Assembly (NCBI RefSeq): GCF_006345805.1
Contig: NC_042998.1
Location: forward strand, 138,632,001 to 138,696,000
DNA: 64,000 bases
Source of the DNA: Octopus sinensis
Taxonomy: Eukaryota
Reading direction: 5' to 3'
The stretch's first letter is position 1; each line of letters opens with the position of its first letter. The position numbers were made by a program, and so were the translations under genes. The notes below the pieces were generated by a model. It was not told the DNA's origin and did not search any database. It was given only the letters and a program-made list of their open reading frames with translations. Of the stretch, positions 13,620-26,659 are shown one piece after another.

Positions 13620-14780
13620 GAGCAAGTAGACAGCAGGAGAAATCTTCAGAGTAAGAACTCCCATGAAACAACTGTTTTGGCTCATTAGTTCCTGACACTC
13701 TTAAAGGAGCAGGACCCATTTAGGTAGTGACCCCTAGGTGTCCTTCTACTGTTATTTAAATGCCACCTTCAGTGTTGTTTGATCTCAAAACTGGGTGAAC
13801 TTATTGTTCAGCTACACTGATCTCCATTTGAACTTTTCAAAGTGGGTTTCTGTCTTCCTATGTTTAGTGGTTACAGTATCCCTTTCAGTTCCATCTATCA
13901 TTCCTTTTTTTCCCATACATACATTGAGCTCTTTTCAATTGTCTCTGAAAGGTATTTCATTGTTGCTATTTTTTTGTGACCCTTGATTATGAGCTGACTT
14001 TGTAGTTGTAGTTGACAAATGGATGCTTCAACAAATCCCATGCATCAACTTCCTCCACCTTTACAGTGCAACTAACTTTGTTAGTTCTTTCACCAGTCAT
14101 CATACTTTCTCATGGATGGAAGCACTCTGTCGGTTATGACGATGAGGGTTCCGGTTGACCCGATCAATGGAACAGCCTGCTCGTGAAATTAACGTGTAAG
14201 TGGCTGAGCACTCCACAGACACGTGTACCCTTAACATAGTTCTCAGGGATATTCAGCGTGACACAGAGAGTGACAAGACCGGCCCTTTGAAATACAGGTA
14301 CAACAGAAACAGGAAGTAAGAGTGAGAGAAAGTTGTGGTGAAAGAGTACAGCAGGGATCACCACCATCCCTGCCGGAGCCTCGTGGAGCTTTAGGTGTTT
14401 TCGCTCAATAAACACTCACAACGCCCGGTCTGGGAATCGAAATTGCGATCCTACAATCGCGAGTCCGCTGCCCTCACCACTGGGCCATTGCGCCTCCACA
14501 ACTTTCTCATAAGGGACTGTCAACTCAACCAAAATGATTCTGACACCACATTTTGACCATGGGGCAAAATCTAGTCTTTGTCCTTTCATATTGATAAAAT
14601 TTGGAAGGTCATCATATTTTTTCTCATAAGGGACTGTCAACTCAACAAAATGATTCTCACACCACATTTTGGTCTTTGTCCTTTCATATTGATAAAATTT
14701 GGAAGGTCAGCATATTTTTTCCATTTCCCTTCAAGTCCAAGTAGGCTTTGTCCGAGGACAATTTGATGACTGAGCATCTT
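13620..14780 (-). mobile_element. Relic of a restriction-like-endonuclease non-LTR element (HERO/NeSL/R2-like), interrupted by a SINE
   Basis: Duplicated (L/F)VELTVPYE motif on minus strand at ~14505-14540 and ~14622-14655, typical of the RLE domain. Left boundary is a guess. Confidence 0.55.
14120..14498 (-). mobile_element. tRNA-derived SINE family C (Deu/Nin-like central domain)
   Basis: Minus-strand head GGAGGCGCAATGGCCCAGTGG (A box) ..TTTCGATTCCC (B box); central GAACAGCCTGCTCGTGAAATTAACGTG..CTGAGCACTCCACAGACACGTGTACC shared with 63645-63935. Confidence 0.85.
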
Positions 14781-15264
14781 TTTTAATCCAAACTACTTCT
14801 CACACACAGTAGAAGCTGTTTATTGTATTCACTTAGGGACAGAGGCTTTTAGATATCAATAAGAAGAGGATATAACAATACTCCTAATGTTTTGGGGACC
14901 CAGTAATTTTGATAAAAGTAACAATATGATACTGTAATCCATGATTATAATAAGTATTACACACACACATACACACACACATACATACACACACACATAC
15001 ATACATACATACATACATACATGCTCTTTTATTCTTTTACTTGTTTCTGTCCTTTGACTGAAACCATGCTAGGCACCACTTTAAAGGAGTTTAATTGAAG
15101 AAATTAACCCCAGGACTTATTCTTTGTAAGCCTTGTACTTGTTGCATCAGTTCCTTTTGTTGAACCGCAAAGTTATGGGGCTGTAAAAACACCTACATTG
15201 GTTGTCAAGCAGTGATGGAGGGGGATAAATGCAGACACATAGATATATACATATATATATATAT

Positions 15265-18200
15265 ACGCGAGAAAGAAGCAACAAGAATGGATAGGTTTTT
15301 AGTACGATCGTTTCATACAAGGACAGGTTTTATTAAAAGTTGCAAAGATTACAGCATATAAACGAGTCCCGTACTCATCAGCTAAAATACATGTAAGTTC
15401 TCTAGACATCCTAGTGTTTGAGGCTATACTCATGAAGTAATGTAGATAATAAACAGATTTCTAAAGTTCATTAAAGTTCTTTAAAGATGATGCATAGTCT
15501 TATCACAGAATTTTAAAAAAGTTTTGGTAGCATCACAGAGAAGGTGACCTAATCCATATGAATTTCCATAGATATGATGAGGGATTATATACTCACAGAA
15601 GACAAATTTATCCATTGTTATTAGCATTACAGAGAGGGTGAATTAATCCTTTGTATATATGCACAGATTCCAGTGGTGTAGATGTAAATTTCCAGAGAAA
15701 TGGAGATGAATTTCATATTCACAGGCGATAAATTTTACAATGGTTGAACACAATGAGGTAGGTACCAATCCTTGTTATATGATTAGGTGTTTGCCATATT
15801 AATCACATTACTGCTATTCACAAGAGGCTGCAGCTATTTAACTCTTAAAGGTTGAAGGGCTTACTAGATCGGCCAAGAATAGAGAAGGGAATAGAAGAAA
15901 AGAGAGAAAATAATGGAGGAGGGAGCAAAAAAGGGGGGGGGGGGAAAGGGGGACTAAAAGAGAAGAGAAAAGGGAACAGAGAATAAGAAGAAGAAAAAGA
16001 AGAAAGAGAAAAGAGAAAGGAATAGGGAAAGAAGGGAAAAAAAGAAAAAGAAAAAGAAAAAAGAGGGTTCTAGTTATACAGAAGAGCTAGTAGACTGTAA
16101 GTCTGGTTTTAATCAACAGGCATCTGGGGACTGGAGGGGAATATTATTCTTTGACCAGTAAACCGTTAATTTATTGCTGTTGAAATCAGCTATGAGTTTA
16201 AAGAGAATCTAAAGAGATAACACAGTCAGGGGTTAAGGGGTCAGATGCTAAAATCACCAGAAAATACATTAGGAAAATCTAAGTATAATCTTATCAAAAA
16301 GTCATTAAAAATTTACTTATTTAATTTATTCATTTTATTGTCTTAAGGAGTTGTCGTTATTATTCATACATTGACCGACTACAGGTCAAATCTTATAAGA
16401 TCATTTACAAGGTGTTAGGGGATTGTCTATCCTAATGAAGATAATCATTATCACCGAGGGAATAGCCTTATTTATTTAATTATGAAATAGAATTATGGGG
16501 CTACAGTAACTAATTATAATTTATTAGAGTTATGCTATTTAAATTAGATTAAGTTAGGAATTAAAATTAAATATTACAATTAAGATTTAAAATTAAGAAT
16601 TTAAAAATTGTGAGTTTGAAATTAAATAAAGCCTCAATTAAGTAGCGAATAAGTACTATTCATTTCTCTGTTCTCAAAAAACTGATGTAGATATAAGGAA
16701 AAAGATAAAGATAACTATAATGTGAGAACTCTTAGTTATCTACTTAAAGCAGTGCTATACTAGTAGAAATCAAGTTATATCTATCCATCTAGCTATGAAT
16801 ATTCCAATCATTTAAAATATTTTAAAGTCTTCAATTTAGCGTGGACACAAACTTGACCTAGTTCGATATGGTTATTCAATAAGTTTCTATGTTTACTATG
16901 CTTTAGAATTTCGTACGTCTCCATGGAGCATAGTTGACAACCAACCCTACTATTTTATACGGAATTGCTCTCCTAACTATTTCCCAATTAAGGGTATAAT
17001 TTTTGTTATTATTTTTGAGTTCCCAGATTTTGTTTGAAAGTGTGGTGGTACCAGCTTTATGACGTATTTTAAAGTCGAGATGTGATTTCTAACTCTGGCT
17101 AAAAAATTAATTGTACAGCCAATGTAAAAATATTTGTTATTCTCCGTGGATATGGTACATTATAGATTACATTATTTTCCCTACATAGACCAGGTGCCGG
17201 GCATTTTGATTTTATTCTACACTTACACACAGGAGGAACAACTTCAGGCCTTGGATTATTCCTGGGTAGATGTTTAAGGTTCCTATTATTTTGATTATCA
17301 TTTCTATAGTTGGTACTGATATCTAAAGTATTGTTATTATTTATTGATCCTTCCGTTTCATCATTTAGGCGTAAAGTCCTACCAAGATTTCTTATATTAT
17401 TCGTAATGTTATTATTATTGTTAGTCTTTTTATCCAACTGTATATTATTGTTATAGATATCACTGATATTTTCATTCTCCTTATTTTCTCCATTAGCCTT
17501 ATTTCTATTATTTCTATTATTAACAATATTACTCTATTAATATCGGCATTGTTATTATTACTATTAATGTTAATGTTATTAGTCATTCTGTGGTTACTAA
17601 TTTCACCTATGTTTTGATAGTTCCTATTGCTGTTTTTATTGTTGGTAGTATTATTGTTATTGCTATTGGTATTCATTCTGATTTATTATTTTTATTTCTA
17701 TCTTTCCTGGCTAGTTTAATGTTGTTATTATTAATTTTAGCTATTAAAGTGGACATATTTGGGAGGGTTGAATAAGAAATCCTAACTGTTTTCCTAGAAA
17801 TAATTCTATGATATCTATGAGAGATAGGGAAATTTTTTTCCAGAATTACTTTGAATTTGTTCTGTATATCCGATTGTATCGCACAGTTGAAAGGAATATT
17901 CAGCCATAATATATCTTTTTTATAAAATTAGGGTTCGTAGAATTACTACTATTCATCTCACCGGAGTTATTGTATTTATTACCATTATTTTTATTTTTAT
18001 TTGTGTGCATCTTAGGTTTATCTACTTCAATCTTATCCGAGTTACCTATGTTCTGGTCAATGCTTCTATTTGAATTGTTGGGCCTGTACTCTAGATTGGC
18101 GTTTACCGTTAATTTAATTCTACTTTTATTTCGGGTTTGGTCTTTTTTGCTGCTTACTTGATTACTGATAACTTCATTATTAGGAATACGTGAGTTCTCC

Positions 18201-18993
18201 CTATCAACGAATGTAATCTTTTGGTTGTATCCAGCCTTAGTTAACGCCGCATTATAATACTCAGAATGGGAGTTAAATATATCCTTATTGGATGATAATT
18301 TTGAAATTCTTAATGAAATATCTTACTAAAGATTCTATTATATTTGGGGGATGATTTGATAATTTATTTACGTAATTCGTGACTTCGCCTTCCTTTCTAA
18401 ATGGGTAATGTAGCTTGGAGTTAAGGTCTAGGGTAATATCTAGGAAATTAGCTATTTTAGTGCCCGGTTCATACGTTATACTGAGGTTGAAATCCTTAAA
18501 GAACTTATTAATTTTCTTTCTAATCCTTTCTATAACAGATTTATTATTACTAGGGATAACAAACAGAGCATCATCTCTATATAGACCCCCCTGTATTTCT
18601 GGGATATCCTTGCTTATGCATTTTAATAGATATGCGCCTACTAGGTTGGTACCTCAGCCGAATCACTGGAACCCATTGGTATATCAAAAAAATTGGTGTA
18701 TCTGTTCTAGTCCATAATTATCTTCAATTCAATAAATGTCTTCCTAGCTAGTAGCACAATATTGATTTCTTCTCTAGTTATGAGGGAGCGATTCATGGCA
18801 AATATTAGTGATTTGTTGAGTAAGATAGGGGAAATGCTAGAGTAATAACTATTAATATCGAACTGAATAAAGGACAGACTACTAGTATTAGTTAGAGAGT
18901 TAAACCATTTTAGAACTTCGTCGGTACTTAGCCATAGGTTTAAGGGGAGAAGAGGGGTTATTTGGGGTAGAACAGTATCCAGGATACTGGATA

Positions 18994-18995
<2 letters not shown>
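15265..18995 (-). mobile_element. 5'-truncated Penelope-like retroelement (RT + GIY-YIG endonuclease), pseudogenised
   Basis: Minus-strand FIQFDINSYYSSI, GGLYRDDAL, FLDITLDL (RT), ILWLNIPFN..RISYSTLPN, CKC..CP..GLC..NVIY..YIGCT (GIY-YIG), CQLC; ~1.5-kb 3' region ending in a hammerhead; sits in the internal (TA)n of a family-A SINE (halves ~15025-15240 and ~19040-19200). Confidence 0.9.
15297..15387 (-). ncRNA. Type I hammerhead ribozyme (intact core)
   Basis: Minus: TTTTAG-CTGATGA-GTACGGGAC...GTCCTTGTAT-GAAA-C-GATC-G-TA-CTAAAA; stems I and II pair, palindromic stem III, GUA cleavage triplet. Confidence 0.85.
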
Positions 18996-19040
<45 letters not shown>

Positions 19041-19525
19041 CAGGTTTCTTTCAGTTTCCATCTACTAACTCCACTTATTAGGCTTTGGTCAGCCTGAGGC
19101 TATAGTAGAAGATACTTGCCTAAGGTGACAGACAGTGGGACTGAACCCAGAACTATATGGTTGGGAAGCAAGTTTCTTACTACTCAGCAATGCCTGTGCC
19201 TATATATATATATATATATAGCTTGCTTCCTAGCTACATTGTTTCGGGTTCAGTCCCACTGCGTGGCACTTTGGGTAGGTGTCTTCCACTATAGCCTCGA
19301 GCCGACCGGAGCTTTGTGATTGAATTCGGTAGGTGGAAGTTACTGCCGTGTGTGTATGTGTGCGTATAGCTGCTCAGTGCCTCTCCGAAAGAGAGAGAGG
19401 GATATATATATATGTGTGTGTGTGTGTGTGAGATTAAATATGTGTATGTGTGTGACCTGTGTAGTACATATATATAAAGAGGGCTGATGAAAAGATTTAG
19501 CTATTTCTCTATAGATTGATGAAAA

Positions 19526-19568
19526 GCCTTAACTGATTTTCAAACCTTACTGGCTTCTCATCAGAGGC
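19526..19568 (-). ncRNA. Minimal type I hammerhead ribozyme
   Basis: Minus: GCCT-CTGATGA-GAAGCC-AGTAA-GGTTT-GAAA-A-TCAG-T-TA-AGGC; decayed second copy at ~19826-19866. Confidence 0.7.
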
Positions 19569-21260
19569 ATCTACATCAATTTGACCAATCCCAGAGAAGA
19601 AAGCAGCCAATCTGTTTATATACTCAGCGATTCCGGTAGCTACAGAGAACTGTTTCTACTACTTTGTATGCCGTAAGTTTCAACACTTTAATATCAGGGG
19701 CCTGTCAACAGGGATCACAATCCACACAGTATCAAGGTATGATATAATATAGTATAACCTGTGTAACAGATATATAAACAGGGCTGATTTGGGTATTTCT
19801 CTGTAGATTGAAAAAATGATGAACAGCCTTACTCAATTTTGAAACCTTACTGAGTTCTCAGCAGATATACATATGTATATATATGTATATCTGTAAGTCT
19901 GTCTGTCTATGTATATATACATCTATCTTCTCTACTGGCTTGGATTGGACAGGTTGACAGAATGTGAGAGATCATAGAAGTGTGTCACACTCTCATGTCT
20001 GTTTTGGCATATAGATATGTATATACGTATGTGGGTGTGTGTGTGGGTGTGTAAAATTAGGGCAGGTGGAAATGCCAGTCCTGTAAAACTGTATAGGTAT
20101 GTCTTGAGACAGTAACCATATTCAAGTGGTATGTATCATACACTGTGGTTTGAGACACACCTGTTATTTCTCTTAATCTTTTGATTTATAATTTCTTAGA
20201 CTGACAGGCACTTGACCAAATTCTTTTCTCTGTTAATCAACAGTATGGACAGGATTGTTTGGGTGTAAAGACTTCTACTATTTATGTATCAATCTTGTGG
20301 GATTGGGATTGTTGATCTTTCTTTTAATCTGCTAGCCAACTTATTGTTGTGATATTCCCAATGTTTACTAAATGGCTCCAACTCACATTTTTTAAAACAC
20401 AGTATATGTCTCTCTATTTACCTAGGAGTCTACTGGTATGATTTCTCTAGATCTTATATATCTACTAGTGATTTGCAGGTGGAAGCAGTGTTGTTGTACA
20501 TATATGTGCCTGTTATGAGGCTCTCCTTGCTACAACAGAATCACCATACATACTGCATGTATCTTTTATCTTTTACTTGTTTCAGTCATTAGACTGTGGC
20601 CACACTGGGGCATCATCTTGAAGAGGTTTTAGTTGAATGGATTGACACCAGTACTTATTTTTTAAAGCCCGGTACTTATTCTATCAGTTTTTTGTTGATC
20701 TGCTAAGTTACTGGGATGTTAACAAACCAAAACTGGTTGTCAAGCAGTGATGGGGACAAACATAGACACAACCATACACACACACATGCATAGGACAGGC
20801 TTCTTTCAGTTTGTGTCAACCAAATCCACTCACTAAGCTTCGATTAGCCCAAGGCTATAGTAGAAGATACATGCATGAGGTACCATGTAGAGGGACTGTA
20901 CCTGGAACCATGTGGTTGGGAAGCAATCTTCTTTCCACACAGCCATGCCTGTACCTGTATCATATATTTTAAGTCCAGTACCTATTTTATCGGTTTCTTT
21001 TGCTGAACTGCAGTTACAAGGACATAAACACACCAGCACCGGTTGTCAAGCAGTGATGGGGGAGACAAACACAGACACAAAGACACACACACATAGACAT
21101 ACATACATGCATACAAAACATACATACATATATATATATATAAAAATTCAGGGTGAATACTTGATAATTGTAAGCACCTGTACATACCATTTGGTGGTGT
21201 AGGTGGTAGAGTATATTAATCAAAATAAAAACAAAATAAAAACATGATGCCAAGGATTCA

Positions 21261-21338
21261 GCGGTACATATGTTTCGGGCCTTTATTAGACGGATTTATA
21301 ACAATGCATAATGTGTGTCTACGGCCTTCTTCAGCCGT
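21261..21338 (-). ncRNA. Type I hammerhead ribozyme (intact core)
   Basis: Minus: CGG-CTGAAGA-AGGCCGTAGAC...GTCTAATAAAGGCCC-GAAA-C-ATAT-G-TA-CCG. Confidence 0.8.
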
Positions 21339-22605
21339 GCACAATTACTACTTCAAGGACATGTATTACATCATAAATTTTACGTTGGGGATGCAAATCC
21401 TTACAGTCACGTACAACTTTTCTGATTTACCCGTATACCCCTGTAACCTGCTAATTACCCTACCCACTTATAATGTTATTACAATGGTTTGCAACCGTCA
21501 CACCACTCTAAGACAGACATTTTGAACATGTAGGTCCATCTTGCCTGTGTGCGGGACTGGATCTACTTGTTATACCTGTGTCTGTGCAAATGCATATATG
21601 CATATTTTTGTATATATGCATAGGGATTTACTCCCCCATGTGTGTGGGTGTGGGCGTGAGTGTGGGTGTATGCATATCTTTGTCCATAAGCATAGAGATT
21701 TACTTCATGTGTATGAGTGTGTGTGTGAGTGTGTCTGTATGTGCGCATGTACGTGTATGTGTATACATACGTATGCGCGTCAGTTCTTGTACCCAACTAC
21801 ATGCGCCTTTTTCCGTATGTATGTGTATATTGAGATACTTATGTATGTGAGCATATACATATGTGGGTGGGCAGACAGGCGGGCTTTACATATGTACGCG
21901 TGAGTATGTATATGTGTGTATACGAGTGCGTGTGCAGAGGCAGCTTAGATATACATACGTAGCGGGACGGATGTATATGTGCACCCTTGTCGATATACGT
22001 GTGGATGTGTATACGTGTGTATATGTATGCGTGTATATGTGTGTATGTATCCACGCGTGTACGTATGTACATGTTGACCACTAGACAATTTACGAGGAAA
22101 TAGATAAACGGTTTAGCCACAAACCAGACAACCGTAATTAACCATATACTGGGTCTCCAGACGTTCTAGTTGATTTATGACACCCGCCGCTATGCCCCGT
22201 AGGCTTCTACAACCAGAACATGTCATCTTTCTGACCACCTTGTTAGTTCTTAACCACTTTATATCCCTTATTTTTATATTTTTTTAATATTTAATATTTT
22301 TTATATTTCTATATTTATATTTTTTTATTTTTTTATATTTTTTTATCTTTTCTCGTTCCTCTATCTTTATCTCTATTTATTTATATTACCAGGTTTCTTC
22401 ACGTCTGGGTGTATTTATATATTTATTTATTTATTTATTTATATTACCTCAACAACCAAACTTCCTCATTCTACATTGAGTGAAAGACGGGATGGACGCT
22501 TCGTTTTTGTGCTGGTGCCCCACTCTGTCGTACGCAACTGTGAGGATTTGCATACCCAATGTAGAATTTATGATGTAATACATGTCCTTGAAGTAGTAAT
22601 TGTGC

Positions 22606-22684
22606 ACGGCTGAAGAAGGCCATAGACACACATTATGCATTGTTATAAATCCGTCTAATAAAGGCCCGAAACATATGCACCGCT
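22606..22684 (+). ncRNA. Hammerhead ribozyme copy with mutated cleavage triplet (GCA)
   Basis: CGG-CTGAAGA-AGGCC...GGCCC-GAAA-C-ATAT-G-CA-CCG; U16.1 changed to C. Confidence 0.7.
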
Positions 22685-23179
22685 GAATCCTTGGCATCAT
22701 GTTTTTATTTTTGATTAATATATATATATACACACACACACACACATATATATATATACACACACACAACTATATAACCTTCTCCAACCTATTTCAATTG
22801 ACATATGAATAATATGAAGTAGAAATCTGTGTGTATATTTAGGAAGTATCGTGTGAATTTCTGACTAGGATGTTTAATCTATTTATTATCTAATATCCTT
22901 TGTATATATATAGAAGCGAATTGTTTTACACACTTCACGCTAAGTATGTCATTTACAATTTTTGTTTTTTGATATGAATATAAAATCAAATAAAAAACAC
23001 TAGCACATCTAATTTCTTTGAAATTTATTTTCATAAAATTGTAAATGGCATATTGTGGTGAAGTGTCTAAAATAATTCATTTCTATATGAGTATAAAGAT
23101 ACTAACAATAAATGCATTGATTTTCTAGTAAGAAATTTTCCCACCACATCCTTAATATAGAATTCACATAGATTTGAAA

Positions 23180-23313
23180 ATTGATTCCGTGTTTAGTCTC
23201 ACTGCATGACACATTGGGAAAGTGTCTTCTACTATAGTCTCAGGTCAATCAAAGCTTTGTGAGTGGATTTGGTAGATGGAAACTGAAAGAAACCTGTCAT
23301 ATACATATTTATA

Positions 23314-23344
<31 letters not shown>

Positions 23345-23566
23345 CTTTGTATCTGTGTCTGTTTCCTACCACTGCTTGACAACTGGTATTGGTTTGCTTA
23401 TGTCACTGTAACTTTGTGGTTTGGTTAATGAGACCAATATAATCAGTACCAGGCTCAGAAAAAAAAAATCAAGTCCTACGGTTGAATAATTTGACTAAAA
23501 TTTCATCAAAATGGTGCCCCAGCATGGTTGCAGTCTAATGACTGAAATAGATTAAAGATAAAAGAT
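23180..23566 (+). mobile_element. SINE family A copy
   Basis: GTGAGTGGATTTGGTAGATGGAAACTGAAAGAA core, internal (TG)n, tail GGTGCCCCAGCATGG..TGACTGAAA. Confidence 0.85.
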
Positions 23567-24038
23567 ATGATTTACTTGTCAGTTGAAGTTGGTTAGAGAA
23601 GGCAGATTTATCAGATTCTATTGGTCCATGACTTTTGGTGGAGCTTTTGATCTATTTAAGACAGAAATTGTAGTCGAAATTTGTGAGTAGTTAGTGAAAA
23701 ACTATCTGGTAAGGTACTTTATGATTAATATATATATATTTCTTCAATACTATACATACATCTTGACCAATTATGCACTTAAAATATACACTGGCAACCC
23801 ACTGCAACCAAGTTTAGGCATTTCTTTACAATTACTTCATTTTTTGTTAGTGTCAGTAACGGCTACAGGAGATTTCATATGAAATCTTATAGCTACTCAA
23901 GAAGTTCTATTGGGAATTTTTCATTCACTATCACTATTATAGGAAAGAACTGATTTGATCATCAAATATAAGCCGTGCATATTTTGGAGTGGGATATTTC
24001 CAAAAGTTCTCTTGTTGGGAAATCATGTAGATGCCTAA

Positions 24039-24259
24039 CCTTTTAGTATTCTGATTTTTCTATCAAATGTAATGCTTAATTAATCACATTCTTTTGAATT
24101 AATCATGCAGTATCTTGTAGTTTTGAGATTTTGATGATGTGATAATTTATTTTTCAGAATGATATTGTAGGGTAGGCATGAGAGACCAGATCTGGTCAGT
24201 TTGAACATAAAACAGGTAGAATAGTTTAGCTGTACCTGGCCGGTTTCAGTGCTAAGGGG
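24039..24259. mobile_element. piggyBac-like MITE
   Basis: CTAA-CCTTTTAGTATT ... AGTGCTAAGGGG-TTAA; imperfect TIR with TTAA-like target. Confidence 0.55.
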
Positions 24260-24444
24260 TTAATTAAGTGGTTGTTTAGCTGTTCTCTGAAATAACCAAG
24301 AAACCACTGCATATGTTTTCCCACCTATAAACACAGAGGTCATGAACTTTTGGTGGTACATATTTTAGCTGTGGACTATGAGTTTGGTATCAATGAATAT
24401 ATCATTTGCTCAATTTATAAAGTGTGGAGATGAGTCATTTCTCA

Positions 24445-24872
24445 CTATTCTTTTATTCTTTTACTTGTTTCAGTCATTTGACTGTGGCCATGCTGGAGCA
24501 CCACCTTGAAGGGTTTTCTTCAAACAAATTGATCCCAGGACTTATTTTTTAAAGCTGAGTACTTATTCTATCGGTCTCTTTTGCCGAACTGCGAAGTTAT
24601 GGAGATGTAAACACACCAATGCCAGTTGTCAAGCAGTGAAAGAAGGGACAAACATAGACACAAAGACACACACACACACATATATATATGTGTGTATGTG
24701 TGTGTGTGTGTGTGTGTGAGTGTGTGTGTGTGTGTGTGTGTGTTTGTGTGTATATATGACTGGCTTGCTTCAGTTTCCATCTACCAAATCCACTCACAAG
24801 GGTTTGGTCAGCCTACGGCTATTGTAAAAGACACTTGCCCGAGGTCCTACACAGTGGGACTGAATCCGAAAC
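24445..24872 (-). mobile_element. SINE family A copy
   Basis: Reverse complement of family A tail, core and part of head. Confidence 0.85.
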
Positions 24873-26659
24873 ACCCCATGATAAACAAGGATAGTTGTAT
24901 TTTCCTCTATTATGTTTCAAACTCCTCCAACCACCTACAACTATTCAACCATATTTCTTTCCGCACCTCTTCGAAATCATAATTCTTGGTAACTTTGATA
25001 CTCACAATTACTTTCTTGGTCTTGCACTCATTCTACATTGGTGCCATTTCCCCAGAAATCATATCTTTTGCAATCCTCAATTCTATACAATAAGCGACCT
25101 TGATTACTAACCCAGATACTCCAAACTCTTTTGATCTCTTTCTCACCTCCCACCAACACCCTGTCAACTCATCACTACCCTTGCACTGATTGATCAATTG
25201 TTCTTTTTTTTTCTCGACTACCAATCTCACAGGGGCCAGAGGAAGCTGGCAAATGGCCACAATCACTTGGTGCTTTTTACATGTCACCAACACGGATGCC
25301 AGTCAGGTGGCGCTGGCATAGGCCATGTTTGGATGGTGCTTTTTACGTGCCACTGGCACGGGTATCTTAACTACAATTTCCATTTGATTTTGATTTTGAT
25401 GTTGGTGTTGATGTATTTGACTCAATAGTTCTCCTCAAGAACAGCGGGTCACTCTACGATCCAATGTTAGCACAGCAGGCGAGCCATGAACTCACTTCAT
25501 TTGTCGGGTCTTCACAGTCACAGCATATCTCAAAGGACTTGGTCTTTGTCATTTCCTCTGTGAGGCCCATGAATCAAACTCTTGAAGGCAGTCAGGCATT
25601 ACCACAGTCGAATGATTGAAACAAGTAAAAGGACTGGCTCTAGAACGAAATTTGCTTAGGGGCAGCAAACACAGGTCCAAATGTTTTTACAAGCAAGGTC
25701 TTATTGTTATTCAAAATTTATTTTGGTTTTATTCATTGAGAAGAAAGTTAATTTCAAGCTATTTTTTACAGATCACTTTTTACACACTGTTCTCTAAACT
25801 TGAGAAAAGTAAGTAGGGTTACCTATAAAAAAAAAAAAAATATATATATATTTAGGTGTGCTTGCACTCCCTCTTCCCAGGCCCATGAGTAAAAGACATA
25901 TAAAATGTTTTCACATAAAACATCTTACATTTTCCCAGTTTTAAACAAAATGTGACAACAAAGCAAACAAATAAAATTCAATTTTTTTGACAGGTTTTGT
26001 AAGAAGAACTATGTTTTTTATTATCTTTTAATCACGAATATTTTTAAGAAATGAGAAATACAAGCACAGTTGAATGAGCATTGTACCATAACACATCACT
26101 GTACACATACATTCTCAAGAACATGTAAGTGAACAAATGTAACGTGACTAAAGACTATGTAATTTAAAGAAAGAAAAATAACAAATCTATGTTTTCAGTT
26201 TTGTTATGCTCTACTAAGTGCGACTAAAGATTTTCTGTTCAGTATTTTTCCTAGTTTAACCTGGATATTTTCCAATCATTTTGTCTGATTGTTATCTTGA
26301 TGTGTCTTTTTCATAGTAACTTATTTCATGTAAATTATATATGCTAAACACACGTTTTAGGATGTGATCAATACTGCTGTATTGAAGTGACATATCAAGT
26401 TCAAATAACATACTTTCTGTCTCTGTCTCTCTGTCTCTCTTACAGGCACACATATGTACACGTGCATGCACACCCACATCCATATGAACTCTCTGTGTAC
26501 TCTATTCCTCACATACACTGCATACACATATTAATCGGTCAAAAATTTAGAAAAGTGACTGAGTGACTGTGAGTTTCGTGTTATCAGTCTCTCTCTCTCT
26601 CTCTCACTCCATGTCTGTCTGTCTCTTTTTTTTTCTCTCTCTCTGTATATATATATATA

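Larger units (their letters stand above)
21140..22722. mobile_element. Non-coding PLE-type element with ~200-bp inverted repeats, each containing a hammerhead
   Basis: ~21213-21414 is the near-identical reverse complement of ~22529-22720; flanked by (TA)n; no ORF of note. Confidence 0.75.

Noticed and set aside
14420-14498. tRNA gene
   Set aside because: A/B boxes belong to a SINE head continuing into the SINE body; no complete cloverleaf seen.
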